Positions 1-9,401 of a stretch of 64,000 nucleotides of DNA are shown piece after piece. The DNA is from an uncultured Gammaproteobacteria bacterium (GTDB lineage Bacteria > Patescibacteriota > Microgenomatia > Levybacterales > UBA12049). The first letter of the stretch is position 1. Each line of letters begins with the position of its first letter. Below the pieces are notes generated by a model. That model ran no database searches. It was not told where the DNA came from and was given only the letters and a program-made list of their open reading frames with translations. Position numbers and translations under genes: made by a program. The stretch is taken from the NCBI GenBank assembly GCA_964571255.1, contig CAZNAA010000001.1, positions 620,666 to 684,665 on the forward strand, in the 5' to 3' direction.

Positions 1-2523
1 ATTGGGCAACTTCAACGATAATTTTCTTAAGTGTTCCTGCTTCCAACTCATCCCCCTTCTTGCGATCAAGAATTTGGACAGAAACAACAGTTCCTCTCTC
101 TCCGTGAGGAATTCGAAGGGAAGTATCTCGTACTTCTCTCGCTTGTTCTCCGAAAATTGCCCGCAGGAGTCTTTCCTCAGCAGTTAGTTCTGTTTCTCCT
201 TTTGGTGCAATCTTTCCAACTAAAATATCTCCAGGTCCAACTTCAGATCCAACAACTACAATTCCTTCTGCATCAAGCATGGCAAGTTGTTCCTCAGCTA
301 CGTTTGGAATATCTTGAGTGATTTCTTCAGGTCCTAATTTCGTTTCAACAACTGTTGCTTCGTATTTTTCAACGTGGATACTGGATAACAAATCTTCTTG
401 AACCAACTTATCAGAAATGATAATAGCGTCCTCATACCCAAGTCCTTCAAAAGACATATACGCAATAAGAAGGTTTTGTCCAAGTGCTAATTCTCCATCT
501 TCACTGGCTGGTCCATCAACAAGGAGGTCTCCCATTTTTACAATTTGTCCTTCGTTCACTACTGCTCGTTGTGTATACGCTGTTGCAGCTGAGGTTCTCT
601 TAAAGACATTGATTCCTATTGTTGCTTTCTCTCCTTTTTGTCCCTCAAGCATTACTTTATTCGAATCAACAAAGACAACTTTTCCATCAAATGGAGATTT
701 AACAACTCGTCCCATGACTTCTGAAATAGTTGCTTCCATACCTGTTCCAACGGTTGGAGATTCTGGACGAACAAGAGGAACAGCTTGACACTGCATGTGA
801 GATCCCATCAGAGACCTGATCGCTTCATCGTGAGCAACGAAAGGAATAAGACTGGCACTACTTCCTACTACCTGACGAGGAGTAAGGTCAACATAAGTAA
901 TAAGAGCTTTATCTACTTCTAAAAAGTCTCCATTGTGACGGGCTGGAACTCTATCTTCCAAAATTTCTCCTTCTGCACTCATTGGAACTCCAGCATGAGT
1001 AATATATTGTCCTTCTTCATCATCAGCTGACATATAGACAAGTTCATCTGTTACTTTAACTACTGTTTTACTCCCTTTTTTCTCTGTTACTACTTTTTTA
1101 TAAGGAGTTTCTAAAAAGCCATAGTTATTAACCTTGGCATAAAGCGCCATATAGGTAACGAGTCCAATATTTGGTCCTTCAGGAGATCTAATAGGATCAA
1201 TTCTTCCGTATTGAGAAGAGTTAATATCACGAATAGAGAAAGCTGCACGCTCGCGACTTATTCCACCCGTTCCCATAACTGTTAAACGGTTTAGGTTATC
1301 AATTTCTGAAAGGGGATTCGTTTGGTCAAGAATAGTTGACAGTTGTGAGGTACGGAAGAATTCATTAATAGAAGCCATAATTGGACGTGCATTGATAAGA
1401 CTTGATACAACGACAGGAACATCAGCCTGAAGCAAACTCATTCTCTCTTTAACCGATCTTTCAATTCGAAGCATTCCAACTCGGAAAGCATTGGCTGAAA
1501 CGAGTTCTCCAACACTTCGAACACGGCGATTTGCCAAACTATCAATATCATCAACAAAGCCTTTGCCTTGATGAAGCATCATCAAATACCCAATCGTTGA
1601 AACCACGTCATCAATAGTAAGGATTTTTTCCTCAGTTGATTTAAAACCAGGAACTGCTTGAAGTTTTTTGTTTGTTTTATATCGTCCAACTTCTCCAAGA
1701 TCATATCGTCTGTTGTTGAAAAAGAGGTTTTGAATACTTTCTCGAACTTTATCAAGTACAATTGGTTCTCCTGGATGCATTTTCTTAAAGATTTCAATCA
1801 GTGCCTCAGTTTCACTCCCTGTCTCGTCTTTCTGAAGAGTATTCGCAACAAAGGTTTGCTCCGATCCTTCAATCTCTGCAAATTTTTCTTTAATAGAATC
1901 ATTTGATGAAAGACCAATAGCTCTGAGAAGTGTTGTTGCAAGGAATTTACGACGTCTGTCGATTTTAACGGTAATGGTATTGTATCTGGTTGTTGAGAAT
2001 TCAAGCCATGATCCATGAACTGGTCGAATTTCAGCAGTATAGAGCGTTTTTCCTGTAGCTGGATCTTGTACTGCAGTAAAGAATACTCCAGGTGAACGGA
2101 CAAGTTGATTAACCACTGCTCTTTCAATTCCATTGACAATAAAGGTTCCTCTATCTGTCATTTGAGGAATATCGCCCAAGAAAACTTCTGCATTGATTTT
2201 GGATTCTGTTTTTTTATTGGTAAGGCTTGCTTGAACATAGAGGGGGGCATCAAAGGTAAGACCTTTATTTAAGGCTTCTTCAGGAGTAAGCTCTGCCTCT
2301 CCCATACGGTATTCACCAAGCTCTAAACTCCAGTTTTTGCCAGTAAAATCCTCAATAGGAGTAACTTCTTGGAGAATTTCGCGGATTCCTTCTCTGAGGA
2401 ACCATTTATAGGAGGCTTTTTGCGTTGCTAAAAGATCGATTTGAGGAAGATCTGTATATGTCTTACCCCAGTCGTAACGAATAATATGATCTGTATTGTT
2501 AGTTGTGCCTGTCTTTTTAGCCA
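1..2523 (-). CDS. rpoB: DNA-directed RNA polymerase subunit beta, N-terminal ~840 aa (3' end runs off window start)
   Basis: Absent from ORF track because edge-truncated; manual minus-strand translation from ATG(2523): MAKKTGTTNNTDHIIRYDWGK...GTFIVNGIERAVVNQLVRSPGVFF...LTVMGTGGISRERAAFSIRDI...RIDPIRSPEGPNIGLV... open to position 1. Confidence 0.93.
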
Positions 2524-2554
2524 TGAGAAGGTAGGTTTTTGAGCAGATCCCCCT

Positions 2555-2595
2555 AAATACACAAAAAGGTAAGGGAAAGAGAAGATCTCCCTTAC
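2555..2595 (-). terminator. Hairpin + U-tract in rpoB 5' leader (attenuator-like): GTAAGGGA-N11-TCCCTTAC then CTTTTTGTGTATTT on minus strand
   Basis: 8-bp GC-containing stem (2569-2576/2588-2595) followed on minus strand by T-run (2555-2568), located between putative promoter and rpoB ATG. Confidence 0.4.
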
Positions 2596-2621
2596 TTATC
2601 TTGAAATTAAAGGTAAATATA

Positions 2622-2651
2622 TGTATACCACACCAAGTAATTCCCTGTCAA
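2622..2651 (-). promoter_or_regulatory. sigma70-like promoter upstream of rpoB: TTGACA(2646-2651)-N18-TATACA(2622-2627)
   Basis: Consensus -35 hexamer and 4/6 -10 on minus strand, ~95 nt upstream of rpoB ATG. Confidence 0.4.
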
Positions 2652-2661
2652 TAGGCAAGGG

Positions 2662-3153
2662 TTACTGGCGGTATTTAGCAGGAAGCTTAGAAGGACGAGA
2701 AATTCGCTTCGCTCGTGGCTCAAGGACTCGTTGTGCAATAAGCCTTCTGATAAATTCTGTGGTTAAATAAATATCTAACCCTATATCTGCACTTATTTGT
2801 TCGATAGGCCAATTTAAATCTCTTAGTTCAATAATTCGTCCATTCCATTTTTTGAACAGGTTTTCACTTTCTCCTCGAGTAAGGTATTTTCTTCGAGGGG
2901 TTGTTTCTGGCTTCCTATTTATACCTTTCTGACGATGAAGTCTTTCTACTTCAGTTTCCACAACCTCAAACGGTAGAGAAAGAATTTTTGCAATCTCCCC
3001 AGCAGTTTGTCCAAACGATAGATATGTTGGTATATCTCTAATGATTCCATCGCGTCTGATACGTTCATAAGGAGAAAGATTCCTACTAGTACGTGGAAGA
3101 GCATAGAGAAACTTCGAATCCCCCCCAAAATTACTTAATTCTTGCTCTGACAT
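2662..3153 (-). CDS. Hypothetical tandem helix-turn-helix protein, paralog A (163 aa), basic C-terminal tail
   Basis: ORF; two HTH-like segments (GQTAGEIAKILSLPFEVV ; RIIELRDLNWPIEQISADIGLD); ~35% identity to 3638-4156 product. Confidence 0.6.
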   Translation of the reverse strand: MSEQELSNFGGDSKFLYALPRTSRNLSPYERIRRDGIIRDIPTYLSFGQTAGEIAKILSLPFEVVETEVERLHRQKGINRKPETTPRRKYLTRGESENLFKKWNGRIIELRDLNWPIEQISADIGLDIYLTTEFIRRLIAQRVLEPRAKRISRPSKLPAKYRQ

Positions 3154-3186
3154 AAGAGCAGTATTATATCATTTATTTCGCCCCAG

Positions 3187-3405
3187 CTATCTTTGGCCAC
3201 TTACTTTTCCACTGAGCTGTCTGATTTCGCCTTCTGATATCAATATTCTAATTAACCTTTTAGTCATACTACGACTCAAACCTGTAGCTAGAGAAATCTG
3301 GTAAACAGTCTTTCTTTCATTTCTAAGCGCAATCATTCGAGCTCTATGTTTTTTAAGCAACTTTTTTATAGGAGGTTCTGCTATTTCTTTCAGATATTGC
3401 TCCAC
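3187..3405 (-). CDS. Hypothetical HTH protein, short paralog B (72 aa); possibly 3' half of a disrupted gene 3187-3600
   Basis: RMIALRNERKTVYQISLATGLSRSMTKRLIRILISEGEIRQ aligns to second HTH of paralogs A/C; GTG start; in-frame 53-aa ORF (3442-3600) separated only by one TAA (3439-3441). Confidence 0.45.
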   Translation of the reverse strand: MEQYLKEIAEPPIKKLLKKHRARMIALRNERKTVYQISLATGLSRSMTKRLIRILISEGEIRQLSGKVSGQR

Positions 3406-3637
3406 CTCTTTAATAGGAAGCGTGAGAAGCAGTGCTATTTACTTAACTGAGACACCGCTATCATCAAGGGTCGTTATGTATGTTCGTGCTACTTTTCTTC
3501 TGCTTATCTCATCCGCAGCAGTATAGATTACTTGAGTTGGTAAAATAGGGTAATCTTTAGGATTTGGATCTCTGGCTCTTTCGCACTTAAATTTGGTCAT
3601 GGGTGTAGTTTGGATTATTTACTCTAAGCTAAAATAA

Positions 3638-4156
3638 TTACTGTTTACCTCTATATTTTATGGGTCGTTTAGAACGGCCATTATAAACTTGTCTTTTTCT
3701 ACGAGCGATTTCTCCTTCTTCTAATAATTTAGCTAACAGTAAATGAATAGATGACATGTCTAATCCTGTATCCTCACAGATTGCTTGAGCAGTCCATTCT
3801 TTATCTCTTAACTCAATTAGTCTTACTCTGAAGCGATCTAACAATGCTTTAGTCATTTCTGGAGATATAGGGGCTCTATGTCTCACTTCTTTTGGTCTTA
3901 GATTGTTAATACTAATATACTGAGATACTAATGCAACTGGGAGGGAAAGTGTTCTAGCAATAGCTTCATCTGTTAAGCCATTACTGACGTGAAGAGGGAT
4001 TTTTTCTTTCATCAGCTCTCGACGAGCCCGCTCATCAGGAGTTACCTCTCTTCGAGTAGGACGTCGGGGAGTTTGTCTATAGAAAGAACCTCCAGTAAGT
4101 TCTGCACTCATTTTTTTTTGAAAATCATCACCAGACCCTTCCCCCTCTTTAATCAT
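3638..4156 (-). CDS. Hypothetical tandem helix-turn-helix protein, paralog C (~172 aa)
   Basis: ORF; GLTDEAIARTLSLPVALV and RLIELRDKEWTAQAICEDTGLD motifs; start ATG 4156 (MIKEGEG) preceded by TATAAT(4164-4169). Confidence 0.6.
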   Translation of the reverse strand: MIKEGEGSGDDFQKKMSAELTGGSFYRQTPRRPTRREVTPDERARRELMKEKIPLHVSNGLTDEAIARTLSLPVALVSQYISINNLRPKEVRHRAPISPEMTKALLDRFRVRLIELRDKEWTAQAICEDTGLDMSSIHLLLAKLLEEGEIARRKRQVYNGRSKRPIKYRGKQ

Positions 4157-4163
4157 GTGCACT

Positions 4164-4169
4164 ATTATA
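4164..4169 (-). promoter_or_regulatory. -10 element TATAAT 7 nt upstream of ATG 4156 (leaderless-type)
   Basis: minus-strand gtgTATAATagtgcacATG. Confidence 0.4.
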
Positions 4170-4196
4170 CACCTCTTTCAGCTTCGATTAACTTCC

Positions 4197-4205
4197 TGCT
4201 ATAAT
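4197..4205 (+). promoter_or_regulatory. extended -10 TGcTATAAT 6 nt upstream of alaS ATG 4212 (leaderless-type)
   Basis: ccTGcTATAATacgcctATG; divergent from the 4164-4169 element. Confidence 0.5.
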
Positions 4206-4211
4206 ACGCCT

Positions 4212-6113
4212 ATGTTAACTGCAGCTGAAATTATTCAAAGATATATTACCTTTTTTGAAAAAAGAGGACATAAGAGGATTGCAAATGCTCCACTTGTTCC
4301 CCAGAATGATCCCACTACTCTTTTTACCTCAAGTGGAATGCAACCTCTTGTCCCGTATCTTTTAGGAGAAGTGCATCCCCAAGGGACAAGACTGGTTAAT
4401 GCTCAGAACTCCTTTAGAGCAAATGACTTTGATGAGATAGGTGATAACAGACATACCACTTTTTTTAGAATGCTAGGCAACTGGAGCCTAGGAGACTATT
4501 TCAAACAAGAACAAATTCCCTGGTTTTTAGAATTTCTTACTCATAAAGCTGAAGGATTAGGCCTTGATCCTAAAAACATCTATGTAACTGTTTTTTCAGG
4601 AGACAGCGCAAATAATATTCCCAAAGACACCGAATCTGCTGAGATTTGGAAAAAGTTGTTTCAAGAATCAGGAATAGAAGCAAAAGAAGTAGAACTTATT
4701 ACTGAAGAAGAGGGAGCAAAAAAGGGAATGCAAGGTGGAAAGATCTTTTACTACAACGCGAAAAAGAACTGGTGGTCAAGAAGTGGGACACCTGAAAATA
4801 TGCCAGCAGGAGAACCAGGTGGACCAGATACGGAAATGTTTTATGATTTTGGAACTCCCCATGATCCATCTTATGGAGAAAACTGTCATCCAAACTGTGA
4901 CTGTGGCCGGTTTATTGAACTAGGTAACTCTGTTTTCATGCAATATATTAAAAATGCTGACGGAACGTTTTCTCTTCTTCCTAAACAAAATGTCGACTAC
5001 GGAGGAGGACTGGAAAGAATTCACGCTGCAGTTAACAATGTGGCAGATGTCTATCGCACAAACCTTTTCTATCCAATCATTCAAACAATAGAAACACTTT
5101 CTGGCACAACCTATGAAAAAAATCCAAAAGACATGAGAATGATTGTTGGTCATTTGAGTGCAGCCTGTTTTATTATTAATGCTGGTATCTCCCCTTCCAA
5201 TACAGATCAGGGATATATCCTTCGCCGCTCTATTAGACGAGCAATGGATAGTACTCACTCTCTTCACTTAATAGATATTGAGCCTATTATTCAAACACTT
5301 GTTGATCAGTACCAAGAGACTGACCCAGAGTTAGTTGAGAACTTTGAAGTAATTAAAAATACCATTCTTGAAGAAAGTACAACATATAATAAAGCGCTTG
5401 ACTCTGCTAAGAAAAGTATTGAGAAAGAGATTAAAGAGAAAGGCATAAAAATAGGAGACGAACTCATGGGACTTACAGAAATCCCAGCAGAACTCGCTTT
5501 CAAATCCACTGCCTCATACGGCCTTGGCCCAACTCAGTTGAAAAGTCTTGGATACATTTTTGATGAACAAGCTTTTGCAGAGGAGATGAAAAAACATCAA
5601 GAGGTATCCAGGGCTGGAGCTGAGCGCAAATTCAAAGGAGGATTAGCAGATCATGAGGAAAAAACGATTCATGGACATACGGCAACACATTTGCTTCATA
5701 AATCTCTTCGAGACGTATTGGGAACACAAGTTCACCAAACAGGATCAAATATTACAACTGAGCGAGTCCGGTTTGACTTTAGTCACACCGATAAACTAAG
5801 CGATGAACAGCTAAAAACTGTTGAAGATACAGTCAATGAAAAGATCAAAGAAAACTTACCAGTCCATTTTGAGATTATTCCAACTAAAAAAGCCTATGAA
5901 TTAGGTGCTATTGGCTTATTTATGGATACATACGGAGATAGTTCTAAAATTTATTTCATCGGAGATACGTCAGAATCCTACACAAATGCCTATTCTATTG
6001 AATTTTGTGGAGGACCACACGTCGATTTTACAGGAGAGTTAAAATCCTTTAAGATAATAAAGCAGGAGAACCTTGGAAAAAATCAAAGAAGGATCTATGC
6101 TGTTGTTGGATAG
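4212..6113 (+). CDS. alaS: Alanine--tRNA ligase, short form (~634 aa; catalytic + tRNA recognition + editing HxxxH region, no C-Ala domain)
   Basis: MLTAAEIIQRYITFFEKRGH..., TLFTSSGMQ class II motif, FRMLGNWS, editing-domain HGHTATHLLH; ORF-track start 4155 includes the promoter and is probably wrong. Confidence 0.9.
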   Translation: MLTAAEIIQRYITFFEKRGHKRIANAPLVPQNDPTTLFTSSGMQPLVPYLLGEVHPQGTRLVNAQNSFRANDFDEIGDNRHTTFFRMLGNWSLGDYFKQEQIPWFLEFLTHKAEGLGLDPKNIYVTVFSGDSANNIPKDTESAEIWKKLFQESGIEAKEVELITEEEGAKKGMQGGKIFYYNAKKNWWSRSGTPENMPAGEPGGPDTEMFYDFGTPHDPSYGENCHPNCDCGRFIELGNSVFMQYIKNADGTFSLLPKQNVDYGGGLERIHAAVNNVADVYRTNLFYPIIQTIETLSGTTYEKNPKDMRMIVGHLSAACFIINAGISPSNTDQGYILRRSIRRAMDSTHSLHLIDIEPIIQTLVDQYQETDPELVENFEVIKNTILEESTTYNKALDSAKKSIEKEIKEKGIKIGDELMGLTEIPAELAFKSTASYGLGPTQLKSLGYIFDEQAFAEEMKKHQEVSRAGAERKFKGGLADHEEKTIHGHTATHLLHKSLRDVLGTQVHQTGSNITTERVRFDFSHTDKLSDEQLKTVEDTVNEKIKENLPVHFEIIPTKKAYELGAIGLFMDTYGDSSKIYFIGDTSESYTNAYSIEFCGGPHVDFTGELKSFKIIKQENLGKNQRRIYAVVG

Positions 6114-6122
6114 AAGTGCACT

Positions 6123-8495
6123 ATGAAACTGCCTATATCGTTTCCATTTGGGAAAAAAGAGCCACAAAAGGACTATTACCTAGTTCTTCTTCTCCGTGAT
6201 GAAAAAGTCAGTGCTGTTATTTTAGAGGAACAAGAGGCTCAAATCACGGTTAAAAACCTCTCGGAAGAGTCATTACAAACCCCTCTTTCTAAATTAGAAC
6301 TTGAAACCTTTACACAACTTCTCGATAGAACTATTAGTAAAGCTGAAGAACTCCTTCCTCCTAATGTTCAAACAGAAAAAACCATTTTTGGCGTAAAAGA
6401 CAACTGGGTTGAGGAGAAAAAGATTAAAAAAGAGCACTTAGATGTCCTTAAACAAATTGGTAATACCTTAGGATTAAAACCTATTGGCTTTTTAGTCATT
6501 AGTGAAGCTATTGCCCATCAAGTTCAAGAAGAAGAAGGAGCACCTCTTTCTGGACTCGTTGTGGAATTGGGAACTTTCTCGGCAACCATCACTCTTTTTA
6601 AAGGTGGGAGGCTTATTGAAACTCACACAGGAGAGAAGTTAGAAACGCATACCCAAACAGTTGACACGCTGCTTAAGCATTTTAGTGAAGCTGACGTCTT
6701 TCCTTCCCGCCTTCTCATCTTAAATACAGGAGACTCTCCTAACTTGGAACAAGAATTCCTGTCTCACCAATGGAGTAAAAGTATTCCATTCCTTCATATG
6801 CCTCAAATCTCTATTCTTGACTCTCATTTTGACGCAATTTCTGCAGTATATGGAGCTTCCTCTCAAATGGGCTTTAAAGTATTGAGTACAGAACTTACCA
6901 AACAAGCTATTAATATCATCCCTCTCTCTCCAATTGCACTAGAGGATAAAGAAACAGAGGAAAAAAAGGATGATAAAGAAGCAGAGAAATCTGAAACAAA
7001 AGAAGAAAAAGAAGATACTGACGGAAAAGAAAATAAAAAAGATGATGATGAAAAGAAACACGACGAGAAGGAATCAGAAAAAGAACTTCTTAAAGCAAAT
7101 CCCGATAACTTTGGTTTTGTCTCAGAAGAGGACATTGCCTCAACGATTCCTCTTGCTACTCCCACTCCCACTCCCACTCCTGCTTCTTTAGTTGCAATGG
7201 AGAGTGAAAAAGAAGAAGATGAAAGAGAAGAAGAAGAGACAGAAAACACATCACCTTCTCGCCTCTCTCAAAGAAGGAATTTTTCAACTATGTTATCTTT
7301 TTTACCTAAAGGACTTTCTCTTCCTCACCTCTCACTAGGAGCACTCTCTGGAGGAAGAGTTCCCAAAATGGGAATGATTGCTGGAATTGCACTCATTGTC
7401 CTCCTTATTCTTATCCCCTTTCTTTATAAATCCTTTGCTAAAGTAACTATCACCCTTTCTGTGAAAGAAAAATCTTTCTCAGACGAAACAACTGTTACCT
7501 TTGCAGTGGATGAGGAAAATAGTTTTACTGATAATGTTATTGGCGCCAAAACGGTGAGTGTCACGATTGAAGGAGAAGACAGTGCTGAGGCTACAGGGAA
7601 AAAGGATATTGGAGAAAAAGCTAAAGGAGCAGTTACTCTGTATAACAACGGAGACTCTCCACGAACCATTGCTTCAGGAACGGTGCTTAAGGCAAGTAAC
7701 AATGTTGAATTTACTCTAGATAAAGAAGTAACCATTGCCTCAGCCTCAGGAGACATTTTTAGCGGAACAAAGCCGGGAACTTCACAAGGTGCTGTGACGG
7801 CTAAAACCTTAGGACCTGAAGGAAATCTTCCTTCAAATACGAAATTCACTATCGGAGGAAGTAGTGTCTTGGCTGCTAAAAACGATACTGCTTTTTCTGG
7901 AGGAAATAAAAAATCCTTAACAGTTGTGAGCAAAACTGATCGAGACAAATTGCAACTGCAACTTCCTAAAAAACTCGGTGATAAAGCGAAAGAAGAGATT
8001 ACTGCCAAGATATCAAATGACGAAATACTTCTTCCATTTGATTTAGAAACCTCTTTTGATAAAAAAGAATTTGACCGAGCAGTCGATGAAGAAGCAAAAA
8101 GAGTAACTCTTAAAGGAACTATCACCTTTACCGGTGTTATTTATAACAAAGAAGATATAAAACAATATACGCTTGAAAAGGTCAAAGAAAAAACATCAAA
8201 TGATATTTCACTTGCCGAGAATAAACTAACTCAGGAACTATCTGGAATGAAGAGAGATGGGGACGAAATTAGTGCTAAACTTTCTATAAAAGCAGGTCTT
8301 TTGCCTTCCCTTGATACACAAAAACTCCAACAAACTGTTAAAGGAAAAGGAGTAGAGGAAGCACTTACTTCTCTTCGTTCTCTTCCGCAAACTGAAAAAG
8401 TCGAAATCGCTTTCAAACCATCTCTTCCTTTACTCAACGGCTCACTTCCCTCTAAAGAAGGAAATATCACATTTGTGATTAATTCCTATGAATAA
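6123..8495 (+). CDS. Membrane protein: N-terminal actin-like ATPase fold (FtsA/PilM-like), acidic K/E/D-rich linker with TPTPTP, one TM helix, ~350-aa extracytoplasmic beta-rich domain
   Basis: YYLVLLLRDEKVSAVILEE... and LSGLVVELGTFSATITLFKGG resemble phosphate-1/2 motifs of FtsA/PilM; TM MGMIAGIALIVLLILIPFLY; 790-aa ORF. Confidence 0.55.
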   Translation: MKLPISFPFGKKEPQKDYYLVLLLRDEKVSAVILEEQEAQITVKNLSEESLQTPLSKLELETFTQLLDRTISKAEELLPPNVQTEKTIFGVKDNWVEEKKIKKEHLDVLKQIGNTLGLKPIGFLVISEAIAHQVQEEEGAPLSGLVVELGTFSATITLFKGGRLIETHTGEKLETHTQTVDTLLKHFSEADVFPSRLLILNTGDSPNLEQEFLSHQWSKSIPFLHMPQISILDSHFDAISAVYGASSQMGFKVLSTELTKQAINIIPLSPIALEDKETEEKKDDKEAEKSETKEEKEDTDGKENKKDDDEKKHDEKESEKELLKANPDNFGFVSEEDIASTIPLATPTPTPTPASLVAMESEKEEDEREEEETENTSPSRLSQRRNFSTMLSFLPKGLSLPHLSLGALSGGRVPKMGMIAGIALIVLLILIPFLYKSFAKVTITLSVKEKSFSDETTVTFAVDEENSFTDNVIGAKTVSVTIEGEDSAEATGKKDIGEKAKGAVTLYNNGDSPRTIASGTVLKASNNVEFTLDKEVTIASASGDIFSGTKPGTSQGAVTAKTLGPEGNLPSNTKFTIGGSSVLAAKNDTAFSGGNKKSLTVVSKTDRDKLQLQLPKKLGDKAKEEITAKISNDEILLPFDLETSFDKKEFDRAVDEEAKRVTLKGTITFTGVIYNKEDIKQYTLEKVKEKTSNDISLAENKLTQELSGMKRDGDEISAKLSIKAGLLPSLDTQKLQQTVKGKGVEEALTSLRSLPQTEKVEIAFKPSLPLLNGSLPSKEGNITFVINSYE

Positions 8496-9210
8496 AACCT
8501 ATTACAAACAATCCCCTCGGATCAATAAACGGGTTCTGTTTCGTTTTTGTGGAATCTGTTTATGCTTACTTGGCGTTGTGGTAACAGGATATCTTTTTTT
8601 TCCCGTTATTTCCTGGAAGCTATACTTAGAACCAGCTTTTGCTTCTCAACAAATCACAAGTCCTGTTCCTCAAACAAACTTAGTAACGGCCAGTACCTGG
8701 CAAAGTCTTTTACAGTCAAATCAAATTGGAATAAACTTTAACGACCCAAAAAACTGGTTTCCAACTGCGTCTTTTGGCTCAAGTACCAAATCAAGTGTTG
8801 CCGAATACACTATTTCAATCCCAAAAATTAACATTTCCCAAGCGAGTGTCTCAACAATAGATGTGGATTTAGACAGGCATCTTATTAATTACCAAGGCAC
8901 CGCAACTCCTCCAAATAAAGGAAATGCTGTCATATTTGGCCACTCTACTCTCCCTCAGCTCTATAACCCCAAAGATTACAAGACTATTTTTGCTAACGCT
9001 CATACCTTAAAAAATGGAGACACGATTACCGTTCATTTAGACAAGATTGACTATACCTATAAGATTTTCTCTATCACCGTTGTTAGTCCTGAAGATACTT
9101 CCGCTTTAACTCAGAATTTTGATGATAGTTACCTAACGATTATTACCTGTACTCCTCCAGGAACGATTTGGAAGAGACTCATTATTAAATCAAAACTGGA
9201 AAAAATCTAA
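8488..9210 (+). CDS. Sortase family transpeptidase (membrane-anchored)
   Basis: N-terminal TM; conserved His (NAVIFGHSTL), TLxTC-like catalytic Cys motif (LTIITCTPPG), downstream Arg; overlaps upstream gene by 8 nt. Confidence 0.8.
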   Translation: MNKTYYKQSPRINKRVLFRFCGICLCLLGVVVTGYLFFPVISWKLYLEPAFASQQITSPVPQTNLVTASTWQSLLQSNQIGINFNDPKNWFPTASFGSSTKSSVAEYTISIPKINISQASVSTIDVDLDRHLINYQGTATPPNKGNAVIFGHSTLPQLYNPKDYKTIFANAHTLKNGDTITVHLDKIDYTYKIFSITVVSPEDTSALTQNFDDSYLTIITCTPPGTIWKRLIIKSKLEKI

Positions 9211-9251
9211 CCCTTCCCCACTTCTATCCTATTCCAGTATACTAAGGAGGT

Positions 9252-9401
9252 ATGGAAGGATTTTCTGCTCGAGCCTTTAGCTATTTAAAACAAATTTGGC
9301 CAACCATCTATCGAGGCATCAACTCTTTTTTCTACCTTTTCTTGTCATTTATGAAAAAAAGTGTTTCTCTTATGATTAGTCAAATGAAGGGAGGAGTGTA
9401 A
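9252..9401 (+). CDS. Small ORF (49 aa, hydrophobic) translationally coupled (TAATG) to downstream phosphorylase gene
   Basis: AAGGAGG 5 nt upstream of ATG 9252; MEGFSARAFSYLKQIWPTIYRGINSFFYLFLSFMKKSVSLMISQMKGGV; its 3' end supplies GGGAGGAG for next gene. Confidence 0.25.
   Translation: MEGFSARAFSYLKQIWPTIYRGINSFFYLFLSFMKKSVSLMISQMKGGV

Noticed and set aside
4155-4211. ORF-track N-terminal extensions for alaS (4155), rpsO (22601), nusA (26646), tatD (43944), greA (61807), lon-like (19831), HTH-C (4162)
   Set aside because: The extensions contain the -10 promoter or a terminator hairpin, and orthologous N-termini match the downstream ATG.
6863-7249. 128-aa antisense ORF (Ser-rich) and 7424-8125 233-aa antisense ORF inside the 6123-8495 gene
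   Set aside because: They are mirror images of the low-complexity K/E/D and G/T-rich codons of the sense gene, with no start context. The sense ORF is far longer and has domain structure.
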